In this document: in pieces, positions 1 to 12,385 of the stretch
Position numbering within the stretch: the first letter of the stretch is position 1
Layout of the letters: the number at the start of each line of letters is the position of its first letter
Assembly: GCF_006345805.1 (NCBI RefSeq)
Contig: NC_043002.1
Coordinates: 6,510,001-6,574,000, forward strand
Source of the DNA: Octopus sinensis
Lineage: Eukaryota
Direction: 5' to 3'
Length of the DNA stretch: 64,000 bases
Program-made: the position numbers and the translations under genes
Notes under the pieces: model-generated
What the model saw: the letters and a program-made list of their open reading frames with translations, nothing else
What the model was told of the DNA's origin: nothing
Databases searched by the model: none

Positions 1-857
1 CAATCATATTTAACGCGTTCCTGTACATTCGGACATGGACATGAATTTCGCTGCTGAACTAGTCTCTTCATACACACAACATATGTGAAAACACTTTATT
101 ATGTTATGAAAGACGTTATCAGATCGTACGATGCACACGTGTCAGCCTCGTTACTCTTCATCAGCTGCGAACACCAAAGTAGTACTTCACAACCCTGTAA
201 TAACAATCCGATTCTTTTACTCATATGTGATAACACACACACACACATTATAAATTATAAGAATTTATTATAAATTAAAAGAATACAAACCTTACTCTCC
301 ATTTACGTATATATTAAGTTTTCTTTTTTGTAGATGACCAGCTTGAGCTTAGAGGTTCATACTCACACAAGGGCCTGTGACTACACACAGATACACGCAC
401 ACACACATACAAACACACACACACACATAAGCACACACACATTCTAAATTATGCACCTCTCCACTCAGCACCAAACCCCCAACTTGAACTTCTGGCTTTT
501 ATCACTTTTCCCTCCGGATCTTTCGCCAGTTCTATTTTGAACGTCCTACTCTTTTCTCTCTCTCCTTCCCATCTCTGTCTCTCTATGATTTCCTTTCGTA
601 TTGCATGATTTCTGAAACGTTGTTTTACTCACTAAGCATTTCAAGTAGTCATTTGAACCCATAAATGAGTACCGTATCACATACATACATACATACATAC
701 ACACATGCATACATGCATACATACATACATACATACATACATACATACATACACATACATACATACATACATACATACATATGTACATAAATACATAATA
801 TCTACATGCATACACATATATTTGTAAGTATGTATGTACGTGATATATATATCTTAA

Positions 858-1029
858 TTTTTTTCTCTCCTTGTTTCTCTCCTTGTTTTTTCTGTGTCCT
901 TTTCTGCAGAAGCGCGTAGGCTCGAAACGTAAAAGATTTTTTCTATTCCTGAGCGTTATGCTAATACATCTGTTTGTTTTGTACACCACCTGCCTTCGTC
1001 TTTTGTTGTTTTTTTCGTAAACTCTCCCT
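858..1029 (+). repeat. Penelope-like pLTR 3' fragment with minimal hammerhead-like motif
   Basis: Homologous to 10925-11037, 12100-12230 and 26968-27167 (all minus). Contains CTGCAGA-A-GCGC-GTAG-GCTC-GAAACGTA and ends at (TA)n. Confidence 0.65.
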
Positions 1030-1049
1030 ATATATATATATATATATAT

Positions 1050-2665
1050 CCTTCTCAAATCGTGCAAACGAGCCCTTGCAAAACCGCTACAGCTTCTTTT
1101 TCAGAGCTTTCTTGCAAGTGGTAAGCTCCCAGTCAAATTGAAAGAGGGGGTAATATGCCCTATCCATAAGGGAGGTAGCAGAGCAAATGCTAAAAATTAT
1201 AGGCCTATCTCTCTGACCTCACACATCAGCAAAGTCATGGAACGAATAGTCCGTAAGAAACTAATCATGTTCCTTGAAGAAAATGACTTGCTGTCTGACA
1301 CCCAGCATGGATTTCGACCAGATAGAGGCTGCCTAACACAGCTCCTGCAACACGATGACTGGGTGTTGAAACAGCTACTAAATGGCTCAAATGTGGATGT
1401 AATATATCTCGACTTTGCAAAAGCCTTTGATAAAGTCGACCATGGTATGATCTGTCACAAACTGCGTGGTCTCGGCATAGGCGGGAAACTTGGAGAGTGG
1501 CTGCACAACTTCCTAAAAGACAGAAAACAGGCAGTTGTGAGCAATGGAGCCACCTCCAAGGAAACGCAAATAACAAGCAGTGTCCCACAGGGCACTGTCT
1601 TGGGGCCACTGATGTTCATAGTGGCCCTTTCAGACATGCCTTCAGTTGCTACGATGACTACCTTTGCTAGCTATGCAGATGACACAAAAGTCTCCCACGC
1701 AATACAAAACCCTGAAAATATTGCGCATCTGAAACATGAGCTGGACACAATATACAGGTGGGCTGAGGACAACAATATGCAGTTTAATGCAGGTAAGTTC
1801 CAGGCCCTACGCTATTGGCACACAAAGGTAAATGACGTGAAGACTGGATACACTGGCCCAGGAAGAATTGCAATCCCTGAGTCAAAATCAGTGCGTGACC
1901 TGGGCATTGACATGAGCAATGATGCATCTTTCCAAATGCATATTGCTAATCTGGTGATAAAATGCAGACGGCTAGCTGGATGGATTCTCCGAACTTTCAG
2001 TACAAGAGAGAAGGAGACACTGATGGTCCTATGGAAAACATTCGTCCTCAGCCGCTTGGACTACTGCTCCCAACTTTGGTCACCCCACAATATAAAACAA
2101 ACAGCAGAACTCGAAGCAATTCAGAGAAGCTACACAAAGAAAATCGTCTCAATGCAAAATATCAGCTACTGGGAAAGACTGAAGGTATTAAACCTCTTCT
2201 CCCTAGAGCGGAGGCGGGAGAGATATGCAGTGATATACATCTGGAAAAATCCTGGAGGGTCTTGTCCCAAACTTTGGCATTCAAAGTTACTCCAACCGCA
2301 GAACGGGGCGCCGCTGCGTGGTGCCAAGGATTCCAACATCACCATCAAAATACAGGTCCAGATACTGCAACAGCTTGGGTTTCAGAGGACCACAGCTCTT
2401 TAACATCCTCCCTAAATGCCTGAGAGACTTACATGGTGTGGATGTGGGTTTCTTTAAAACTAAACTGGATCTCTTCTTGTTGGGAGTCCCAGATGAACCT
2501 ACCTCACGACAGGAGGTAGGATGCGGGCAGCAGCATCGAACTCCCTTGTTGATCAAGTGCCACGTATCAGAGGTGGATTCACAAACTAGTGTAGCTCATT
2601 CAGCGGTGGTGCCCCAGCATGGCCGCGGCCTTCGGGCTAAAACATTTTTAAGGATTTAAGGATTT
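1050..2665 (+). mobile_element. 5'-truncated non-LTR retrotransposon (CR1-group LINE): reverse transcriptase, C-terminus and 3' UTR
   Basis: ORF 1138-2403 has RT motifs NYRPISLTS, QHGFR, YLDFAKAFDKV, VPQGTVLGP, YADDTK, RDLG, LDYCSQLWSP and LERRR. The frame is open upstream to ~1050, starting at a (TA)n. A 1-nt frameshift in the A-run near 2245 continues in ORF 2318-2659. The element ends in GGTGCCCCAGCATGGCC, a stem-loop and TTTAAGGA repeats. Confidence 0.93.
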
Positions 2666-3099
2666 ATATGCCATATATATACATATACATTCATACACTT
2701 GTATGTACGTATGTATGTATAAAAATTTATGTATACATATTTACATACAAATATGTATACTTATATGTATGCATGAATATATGTTCACACTCGCACAAAC
2801 GCACACGCATGCACTCGCGCCCACGCACACACTGTGTGGGTGCGCTTGTGTATGTACGTGTCTCTAAACGGCGATAACTGTCCCAATCCAAAACGAATAT
2901 ACAATGAGACTGAAACATACAAAGACTATACATGAAAAGGGGAAGCAATATGAAGAAAATAATAAGCGTACGTAAAGTTGGGTGAAAAAGGATTACAATC
3001 ATACAAATAAGATATGAGAGAAAGTAGGGAAGCCAGAAAGGGTTACTTCCAGAAAGATATAAACACGGTAAGTTTTACCTCAGTAAATGGGTGTATGTA

Positions 3100-3133
<34 letters not shown>

Positions 3134-3299
3134 ACACACACATATGAGACTCTTTAATTTTTATATATGAAATTGTGGTATGTAACCTGATTAAATGTGT
3201 TAAACAGCGGTATGTTTAAAGTTGGAGACAGACATATTATGTATGTGCGTATGTGTGCGTAAGATTCATTCATACATACATACATACATAGATACATAA

Positions 3300-3330
<31 letters not shown>

Positions 3331-3339
3331 CATACATAA

Positions 3340-3370
<31 letters not shown>

Positions 3371-5401
3371 CATGCATACATACATACATACATACATACA
3401 TACATACATACATACATACATACATACATACATACATACATGCATACATAGGGACACACACGCACATATAGATGCGCATTGGTTCGTTGCTGAAATTACG
3501 AAAAACTGTGATGTATTATCGGGCGAGATTATAACACCCGCTAATGTCATTATAACGTCTGAAGTGTTAGACGTAGATGAAGAGGTACGAGCGGTAAAAT
3601 GAACTGCACATGAAACAAAACAACTTATCTCGGTGCCTTGCTTTACATTTTTATCTGAGTAGATTACAATAATAGTTTTGACATTGCAAGAGATGATGTA
3701 ATATTCTTCGCCTTTGCTTTAGCTGAACGCCGCAAATTTATTACAGGAACTTATTTGCGGCGTCTCCAGTGGGATTTCAATTCAGAAACGGTAGGCAACC
3801 AAATTATATATATTGAAAGCGAATTAGTTCAACCATTCTAGCTGCGGATCGAAACCGTGTCATTGATTTAGTTCAACGAGGATTTATCGTTGTGTCACAC
3901 TATTATACGATGTCCCTTAGGAGTAATTAGAAAATCGTGTGAAGTCTGTGACTTTTGCAAGTAAAAATACTCAGATTGGGAATCGAAACTGTGTTTGACA
4001 TAGAAGCAGTCTACCGAAATGTTTTGATACAACAAAAGTACCTCAAGTTATTCAAGCGATTTGCTAAAAATAGCAGCCAAATCTCACTCAATATTTTTCA
4101 GTTTTAAGACAGTAAACAAATTCTAAGTGCTCTTACCAAAAGTCACGAGGCGCAGTCGTGGATGGGTGGTATGAAGCTTATTTCGCAACCACATGGTTCC
4201 GGTTTCGTGCCACTCCGTGTGCGACTCCATCATTGGCTCACCAATTGTTATTGAAAGAATATTGAAAGAATACACTCAGTCTAGCAGCAAGCGGAATCTT
4301 CAAGAATACTTTAACTGCTTCTATTTCTGATAAAGGTAATATAAATATGAAGCTTCGAATTTCCGAGAGAAAGGAGGTGGGAGAGGCAGAAAATATGGAA
4401 GGAGAAATATAACGAAAGAACAAAAGAGATAGAAATAATGAAAGGCAGGAAAGGAAATTGAGATGTTGTGATGTTCAAGTTTACATTTTTCATGAGGCTT
4501 TTCAAGATGTGAGCAAAACGAGTTAAACTGAAAATTCAGAATCACTTTTGGACTCGCCGCGAATTTAAGAGTCACCGAAATGGCGCCCGACCTATAAGGG
4601 GAAAAAATAAAAATAAAAACATCAGTGATGGATTACAATACAATTGATAGAATAACAAAAACGACAACGTTGATAACAACAGCATCAATAATAACGGCAA
4701 CAAAAATGAGAATATAAGAATTGTAATACGATTGATACATAAATAACAACAATAGCAATAAAAAGTTTAAATGGAATAAAAAAAAAGAACAAATGAATGA
4801 CGAAGTCGAAAATGATGAACAAGATGTGGAGTTGTAAACCATAAGGGGACAGGACTGTGAGGGAGAAAGGGGAGTCGTGTTAAGTGAAGGAGAGAGAGTG
4901 AGAGATAAGGAGAGTGAAGTAGGTGAGCGGGATGGGAAGTGAATCAGAAGAAAAGAACGGTGATGATGGAGGAAGAGAGGAGCGGGGGATGTGATAAGTG
5001 GAAAGAAGGAGAAAATAGATGGGGGAATGTAAAGGGATGAGGGGTTCGGTGAGGAAAGAAGGTTGCGGAAGTGTATGTCTGTGTGTGCCTGATTTATGTT
5101 GTGTGATACGCGCGTGTGTGATGAGGCATGTGTGTGCGTGTATTGTGTGTGTTCGTGTATGATACATCCAGACACACATAAATATGTGGGTGTGTGTGGT
5201 AACGAGACACACATGAACCTCACAGGATACATCTTAATTCATCTCATCGAGATAGTTATCCACTGAGAGTGCTCAACAACTAATTATAAATTAGACGGGG
5301 CTACGATCAATGTGTTTGTGAAATGTAGACGTGAGGAGAACGGGTGTGTGTGTAAATATATAGTTTGGATTTTATTTCCTCAAATAATAATTATTAATAA
5401 A

Positions 5402-5470
<69 letters not shown>

Positions 5471-5747
5471 TATATATATATTATATATATATATTTATTT
5501 ATTTATTAATAATTATTATTTGAGGGAATAAAATCCAAACTAACAAGCAAAAAGAATCAATTTAGAAATACTAAATCAACTTGCACACAATATAATATAT
5601 ATATAAATTGTAATTTACTTAATCTTTACTTTTTATTGTTATTTTAATTTTAACTTTTCTATATGGTGTAATTTAATTATTCATTTTGAATTGATTAAAG
5701 GTGTTTTTTTCTAATATTTTATATATATATATATAAAGCTATCGAAT

Positions 5748-5812
5748 ATAGCGCCGATGACGGAATTCAAACTGATTTCTATGTTTGCGATCCAGAAACA
5801 CGTGTTCGCTAT
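5748..5812 (+). ncRNA. Type I hammerhead ribozyme-like motif, copy 1
   Basis: Stem I ATAGCG/CGCTAT; core CCGATGA; stem II GGA..CAAAC/GTTTG..TCC; GAAA; palindromic stem III ACACGTGT; predicted cleavage after GUU at 5806. Confidence 0.7.
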
Positions 5813-6295
5813 TAACGGTAAGTGACTGACTTCGTATATTTGCCACTCCGGTTTTGTGTATGTGAGCCGTAAGGGCCTTCGTTTTTGGATTCTCCACTTA
5901 TAGAAAATGGAAAAACGGTCTTTGACTGCCATTTCTAATTCCTTCGGTATGAGGCGAAACAGCCTGCTGCTAGCCATCTTATTTTTTCTTTACTATATAC
6001 TGAACCTTACAAAGGTCCTGACAATTAATTTGTCGTATTTACATACCGAAATTTACCGGTAAATAATTGTTGGTTACATGAAAAACCACAGGAAAATTAT
6101 TTACCATTTTTATTGCATTACCATGTGGATTCCTCATTCCATTACGATTACCCAGAAAGCGCGCATGGCAGAATTTTGGAGGGAAAATTACGTTCCCAGT
6201 CGCTACTTAGTTTTAACATCTGCGCTCTTCCCCCCACTATCTGATGTCGCTGGGTCAGAAGTGAGGGCTAGTGGCATTTGGTAAAGCTATCGAAT

Positions 6296-6360
6296 ATAGC
6301 GCCGATGACGGAATTCAAACTGATTTCTATGTTTGCGATCCAGAAACACGTGTTCGCTAT
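6296..6360 (+). ncRNA. Type I hammerhead ribozyme-like motif, copy 2
   Basis: Same sequence as 5748-5812. Confidence 0.7.
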
Positions 6361-6845
6361 TAACGGTAAGTGACTGACTTCGTATATTTGCCACTCCGGT
6401 TTTGTGTATGTGAGCCGTAAGGGCCTTCGTTTTTGGATTCTCCACTTATAGAAAATGGAAAAACGGTCTTTGACTGCCATTTCTAATTCCTTCGGTATGA
6501 GGCGAAAGCAGCCTGCTGCTAGCCATCTTATTTTTTCTTTACTATATACTGAACCTTACAAAGGTCCTGACAATTAATTTGTCGTATTTACATACCGAAA
6601 TTTACCGGTAAATAATTGTTGGTTACATGAAAAACCACAGGAAAATTATTTACCATTTTTATTGCATTACCATGTGGATTCCTCATTCCATTACGATTAC
6701 CCAGAAAGCGCGCATGGCAGAATTTTGGAGGGAAAATTTACGTTCCCAGTCGCTACTTAGTTTTAACATCTGCGCTCTTCCCCCCACTATCTGATGTCGC
6801 TGGGTCAGAAGTGAGGGCTAGTGGCATTTGGTAAAGCTATCGAAT

Positions 6846-6910
6846 ATAGCGCCGATGACGGAATTCAAACTGATTTCTATGTTTGCGATCCAGAAACACG
6901 TGTTCGCTAT
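6846..6910 (+). ncRNA. Type I hammerhead ribozyme-like motif, copy 3
   Basis: Same sequence as 5748-5812. Confidence 0.7.
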
Positions 6911-7232
6911 TAACGGTAAGTGACTGACTTCGTATATTTGCCACTCCGGTTTTGTGTATGTGAGCCGTAAGGGCCTTCGTTTTTGGATTCTCCACTTATA
7001 GAAAATGGAAAAACGGTCTTTGACTGCCATTTCTAATTCCTTCGGTATGAGGCGAAACAGCCTGCTGCTAGCCATCTTATTTTTTCTTTACTATATACTG
7101 AACCTTACAAAGGTCCTGACAATTAATTTGTCGTATTTACATACCGAAATTTACCGGTAAATAATTGTTGGTTACATGAAAAACCACAGGAAAATTATTT
7201 ACCATTTTTATTGTATATATATATGAAGATAT

Positions 7233-7385
7233 GCGTAGGCGTGGCTGTGTAGTAAGACGCTTCCTTCCCAACCACATGCTTCCTGTTTCAATCTCACTGC
7301 GAGGTATTTTTTACTTTATCCACGGGCCGACCAAATCTTTTGAGTGGATTTATTAGACGGAAACTGAGAAAAGATTGTCGTATAT
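7233..7385 (+). mobile_element. SINE family A, 5' part
   Basis: Diverged match to the head of 7826-8222. Confidence 0.7.
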
Positions 7386-7420
7386 ATATATAAACAAACA
7401 GACATACATGTATACATATA

Positions 7421-7653
7421 CAGGGTTGACCAGAAGTCACCCGACAGTAAATCAGGATACCATAAATACTATCTGTAATTCTGTATTGACTCGAATGGAA
7501 AAATGTGTCGCTGAAGAAGGACATCAGTTTGAACAATTTACTCGAGGTTCCATGTTTAGATGCTTTTATTAAATTCATTCAGTTACTAAATATAAATAAA
7601 TCTTGGAATGAAATGGTTTTGATTTAATGTCGGATGACTTTTGACCATCCTTG
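7421..7653 (+). mobile_element. Internally deleted Tc1/mariner element (MITE-like)
   Basis: Imperfect ~26-bp TIRs CAGGGTTGACCAGAAGTCACCCGACA / TGTCGGATGACTTTTGACCATCCTTG, with TA on the left. Retains a transposase C-terminus-like peptide RMEKCVAEEGHQFEQF. Confidence 0.7.
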
Positions 7654-7825
7654 TCGAGATTAATATATATATATGTGTGTGTATGTGTGCGTGTGTGTGT
7701 GTCTGTGTGTGTGTGTGTGCGTGCGTGCGTGTCTGTATGTGTGTGTATGTATGTATTCACACGCCCTTGTGGGAGTATAAACCTCTAAGCTCAAGCTGGT
7801 CATCTACAAAAAAAAAAAGAAACTT

Positions 7826-8222
7826 AGGAGTGGCTGTGTGGTAAGTAGCTTGCTTACGAACCACATGGTTCTGGGTTCAGTCCCACTGCATGGCACCTTG
7901 GGCAAGTGTCTTCTACTATAGCCTCGTGCCGACCAAAGCCTTGTGAGTGGATTTGGGAGATGGAAACTGAAAGAAGCCCATCGTATATATGTATATATAT
8001 ATGTATATGTGTGTGTATAATGTTTGTGTGTCTGCATCTGTCCCCCCAACATCGCTTGACAACCAATGCTGGTGTGTTTACGTCCCCGTAACTTAGTGGT
8101 TCGGCAAAAGAGACCGATAGAATAAGTACTAGGCTTACAAAGAATAAGTCCTGGGGTCGATTTGCTCGACTAAAGGTGGTGCTCCAGCATGGCCAGAGTC
8201 AAATGACTGAAACAAGTAAAAA
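7826..8222 (+). mobile_element. tRNA-derived SINE family A, near full length
   Basis: A-box-like TGGCTGTGTGG and B-box-like GGTTCAGTCCC, an internal TA/TG microsatellite and a LINE-like tail GGTGCTCCAGCATGGCC..TGACTGAAACAAGTAAA. Many copies in the window. Confidence 0.88.
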
Positions 8223-8984
8223 ACTTAATATATACGTAAATGTAGAGTAAGGTTTGTATTCTTTTAATTTATAATGAGTGTCCTACATAAGTACTTATGT
8301 TTCGAATCAAATTTCGTCTAAGTCACTCAGCAGATATGGGAGTAGTTTGTTATATATAATGTGGAGGTCATCATAAAGACCGGAGATTCATATATGTAAA
8401 TATGCATTTACGTATGTTTAGAAGCCCGTATGGACAAATGTATGCATACATGCATGTATGCCATTTTTTGGGGGGTTCTACTTATTTTCCCCCCACAGAA
8501 TTCAAGCTGCTCAATAATAAAATGACTAGACATTTTCGTTTATGTCAATACAACTCTTGTGGTTTGTAGATATATGAGTTAGTGTGCATTTATGTGTATA
8601 TTTGTGTGTGGAGGTGGGGTGTGGATAAACTTGCACTCTCGTCGCACGTGTGCATGTCACTTTAGTACACAAGTATGTGAATAATGTATGTATGTATGTA
8701 TGTATGTATGTATGTATGTATGTATGTATGTATAATTTGGTTGAGGCAACTTGCGTGCAGTTTGTACATAATGTTTAAGCAAGAAATGGGGACATCTATA
8801 GTTTTCCGCGAACTCGGTAGTTTTTCTCTGTGCTATAGCAAGCACGAGGAAAGTTTCTGCTCGGTGGGTCCCAGGTCATCTAACACCTCATCAGAAGCGC
8901 ATTCAGTTGATCACTTTCCTCGTGCCAAGTTCATTGTTCAGAATATTTTCAAGTCTCTTATGACCATGGGATTGCACTTAGAAA

Positions 8985-9243
8985 GTTACCTTCCGAAGCA
9001 CAGGTCCGCGCATGGTTATTTATGGAAGACCAGCAGTCACCCATGCATACCAGCCTCTCCTCTCCACGCCACCAGTGTTATCCAAGGGAAAGCCAATGGC
9101 CGATCTAGCTTGGTACCAGTGACATCGCAACTCATTTCTACAGCTGAGTGAACTGGAGCAACGTGAAATAAAGTGTCTTGCTCAAGAACACAACGCACAG
9201 CCCGGTCCAGGAATCGAACTCACTACCTCATGATTGTGAGCCT
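8985..9243 (-). mobile_element. tRNA-derived SINE family D
   Basis: Shares TGGAGCAACGTGAAAT..TGCTCAAGAACACAA with 26560-26812 and 30625-30845. B-box GTTCGATTCC on the minus strand. Confidence 0.7.
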
Positions 9244-10924
9244 GATATCTCTCATATATACACATACATAGATATTAACGAGCACATACTCCTCTGCACA
9301 AATATTTTATATGACATTAACTCAAAAGTAAGCAATTCAACTGAATGGCAAAGTTTCATTTGCGAAAGGACTCAAACACTGACTCACGGAATGTCGTTTC
9401 CTCTTCCTTCTGCTTTTAATGCTACAAAAACTGACATTTTATCTAATGAAATTTGTTAACAGCAAATCCTTTCTACTCGTGAACACACGATCCACCCGTT
9501 TCTTCTAATGACGTATCTTATTACGTATCATCTCCCAGACTGGGTACGAAACACTATCCCAGTTCTTTCTTCCCTGCACTGAAATATTTTGAAATTTCCT
9601 TTTCAAATGCGTTTTCTTTCTCTGCACATAATAAGCTACAGATGTTCAAACTGAGCGTCAAGTACATAATCCCAGAACACTGGTAGGGGATACATTGTTC
9701 CACTCCCTTGTAAAAATTGTTTATGGAAAGCTCTACCCCATTTTCATCTTGGGTATAGAGAGAAAGGAACAGTAAGGAGGAAACATATATAAACAATACA
9801 ATACATATAATAATTCCCGCTTTCTTCTTTTTCCGGAAAGGCGAATCTGAAAGAAAACTATTAATAAAAGGATGTTACTGTTGGGCTAAAAATCCTTTGG
9901 ACGGAAAAGTTGAAGGCTGCCAGTAGGACAAGAACCTGTAAACATGATAGCTTTTTTAACATTAGAGCAATGGTATATATATATATATATATAATTATAC
10001 ATATGCATATCCATACATACATATACAAACACACACACGTGCATGCATACACACATGCATACCGATATATACGCATACATATTTCTATCAGAGTTGTGTA
10101 TGCAAGTATACGAAATGATTATCAGCAGCAAACATTTAGCGAGTTGCTTCCTTGAATTTCATTTTCCCGTTCCTAAACAAGTAGTTACAGATCCTGTTGA
10201 AACTAAACTGGCGGGAAAATAAAGTTTCACAGAAAAACATATAGAAAACATAAACGTAGAGTAATCCTAGGTATTTTAAAAAAGGCAGCCTGATATAATG
10301 TTTATATATTTTATGTCCCAGTCTGCGAAGACTGCATTTTTTTGCTAACCTGTTTCCAGCTGGAAATTAACAATTTGTAACCTGTCTATGTTACCGTCTT
10401 CAATGCTTTATGACTAACTCCTTGAAGATGGGATGGTGATAAGCCAATTAATGATTTGCCAAAACTTCTGCACTCTTTAAAATCGCTTACATAATCTCTC
10501 TCTCTCACACACGCAAATCGAGATATATGATATATGATAGGGCACACATTTCTTTGTAGATATTTGAGTATACATACATACATACTACATACATACATAC
10601 ATATATATACACACACGCACACACACACACACACACACACATACACACACACACATACACACACACACACACACACATATATATACATATTAGAGGGATA
10701 CCACTATGTGGACACCCTTATGCTAGAAATAGCTCCGCTATGGTCTTACCACTAAGAAATGTTCTAAAGAAAAATTCAGCAAAACAACCAAACGGTAATC
10801 GAGGAAGACAAAAGAAAAAGCAATAAAAATATGGATTATTCGCATACATGTTTCACTATTACCATATTACGTAATTTTACTTACATAAATGTCCGTAGAT
10901 CATAGGTGCGACCGTCCAAGTGAA

Positions 10925-11037
10925 TATTAGTTTAACGCTCGGGAAGTGAAAAGTCTTTAACGTTTCGAGCCTACGCTCTTCTACAGAAAGAAACACAGAA
11001 AGAAACGGAGAGAAAAATAAAGAATGTGTAGTGGCTA
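10925..11037 (-). repeat. Penelope-like pLTR fragment with minimal hammerhead-like motif
   Basis: Minus strand reads CTTT-CTGTAGA-A-GAGC-GTAG-GCTC-GAAA-CG-TT-AAAG. Confidence 0.65.
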
Positions 11038-11338
11038 TATATATATATATATAAGAAAAAGTGGGATTAAAAAGTTCTGCATATATCAATTATGCACTCA
11101 TAATAAAGGGATAAGTTTAAATTTCCAACAATCAGATACCAGTAAATCTAAGTAGAGTACAAATCCCAGTTAAATCCTCATCCATGACAGGTAAATCCAA
11201 CGATTCTTTTGTAGAATTTTAAAAAAATTCAGAATATTTAACCACAACAAATAATATTTACAAAGAAAATCATATCTCTATTTTAGATCAGACGTTAAAA
11301 GTTCAACAACTGTTTCAATTACATTAACATATATATAT

Positions 11339-11396
<58 letters not shown>

Positions 11397-11442
11397 TACA
11401 TGTACATATATAAGTGTGTGTGTGTGTGTGTGCGTGCGTATT

Positions 11443-11862
11443 TACGGTTTCCAAGAATTAAATGTTTCAATGACGTCAGGGAAGTTAAATCTTACGGCAA
11501 GTGTTAATTGAAAATTTTCCTGTTCTCTTTGTCTGTTTCTGTGCAAATTTCGCATCAATTTGAAGCATTTCAGGCGTTATCCCTTGAGCTGCTAACTGAA
11601 TGCATTCTTTAAGTTCTGCTAAACTATTGCTCCATTCTGGAGAAGGACGTAGAGAAAATTGCAGCCAAATTAAGATAAGCGCTATCCAACAGGAATGAAA
11701 ATAAAATCATAAAAATATATTATAATAATTATAAGATTATAAAACAGAATTTAAAATTTGTACACTTTTAGCATATTACGCATGATAATCATAAATAAAT
11801 TGAGTTTTTAAAAAAAAATGTCCGACTTCACTGAAATACCTAGTTAATTCTGGAACACCTTT
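11443..11862. mobile_element. Decayed Tc1/mariner-type MITE
   Basis: Imperfect TIRs CGGTTTCCAAGAATTAAAT / AGTTAATTCTGGAACACC in a TA context. Confidence 0.4.
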
Positions 11863-11903
11863 TATATATGTCTGTCCGTCTGTCTGTTTATCTATCTATC
11901 TCC

Positions 11904-11993
<90 letters not shown>

Positions 11994-12057
11994 GGAGAGA
12001 TAGATAAACAGACAGACGGACAGACAGACAGGCAAGCAGACAGGCAGGCAGACAGGC

Positions 12058-12098
<41 letters not shown>

Positions 12099-12099
12099 T

Positions 12100-12230
12100 A
12101 GGGAGAATTCGCAAAAAAACAAAAGACGAAGACAGGTGGTGTAGACAACAAACAGACGTATTAGTTTAACGCTCGGGAAGTGAGACAGACTTTAACGTTT
12201 CGAGCCTACGCTCTTCCACAGAAAGAAACA
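12100..12230 (-). repeat. Penelope-like pLTR fragment with minimal hammerhead-like motif
   Basis: Minus strand reads CTTT-CTGTGGA-A-GAGC-GTAG-GCTC-GAAA-CG-TT-AAAG; embedded in (GATA)n. Confidence 0.65.
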
Positions 12231-12237
12231 GAAATTA

Positions 12238-12293
<56 letters not shown>

Positions 12294-12305
12294 TTAAAGA
12301 TAGTT

Positions 12306-12385
<80 letters not shown>

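Larger units (their letters stand above)
5735..7213 (+). repeat. Tandem array of a ~549-bp unit (2.7 copies) with one hammerhead-like motif per unit; retrozyme or Penelope pLTR-like
   Basis: Units start at 5735, 6283 and 6833 (periods 548 and 550). I found only two 1-nt indels between them. (TA)n on both sides. Confidence 0.9.

Noticed and set aside
5711-7075. Repeated 70-88 aa minus-strand ORFs (MASSRLFRLIPKE..) as a gene family
   Set aside because: They arise from the tandem unit, have no recognisable domain, and one copy is frameshifted.
9554-9796. Minus-strand 80-aa ORF with a pyrimidine tract as an exon
   Set aside because: Weak AAG acceptor, no convincing donor and no recognisable peptide.
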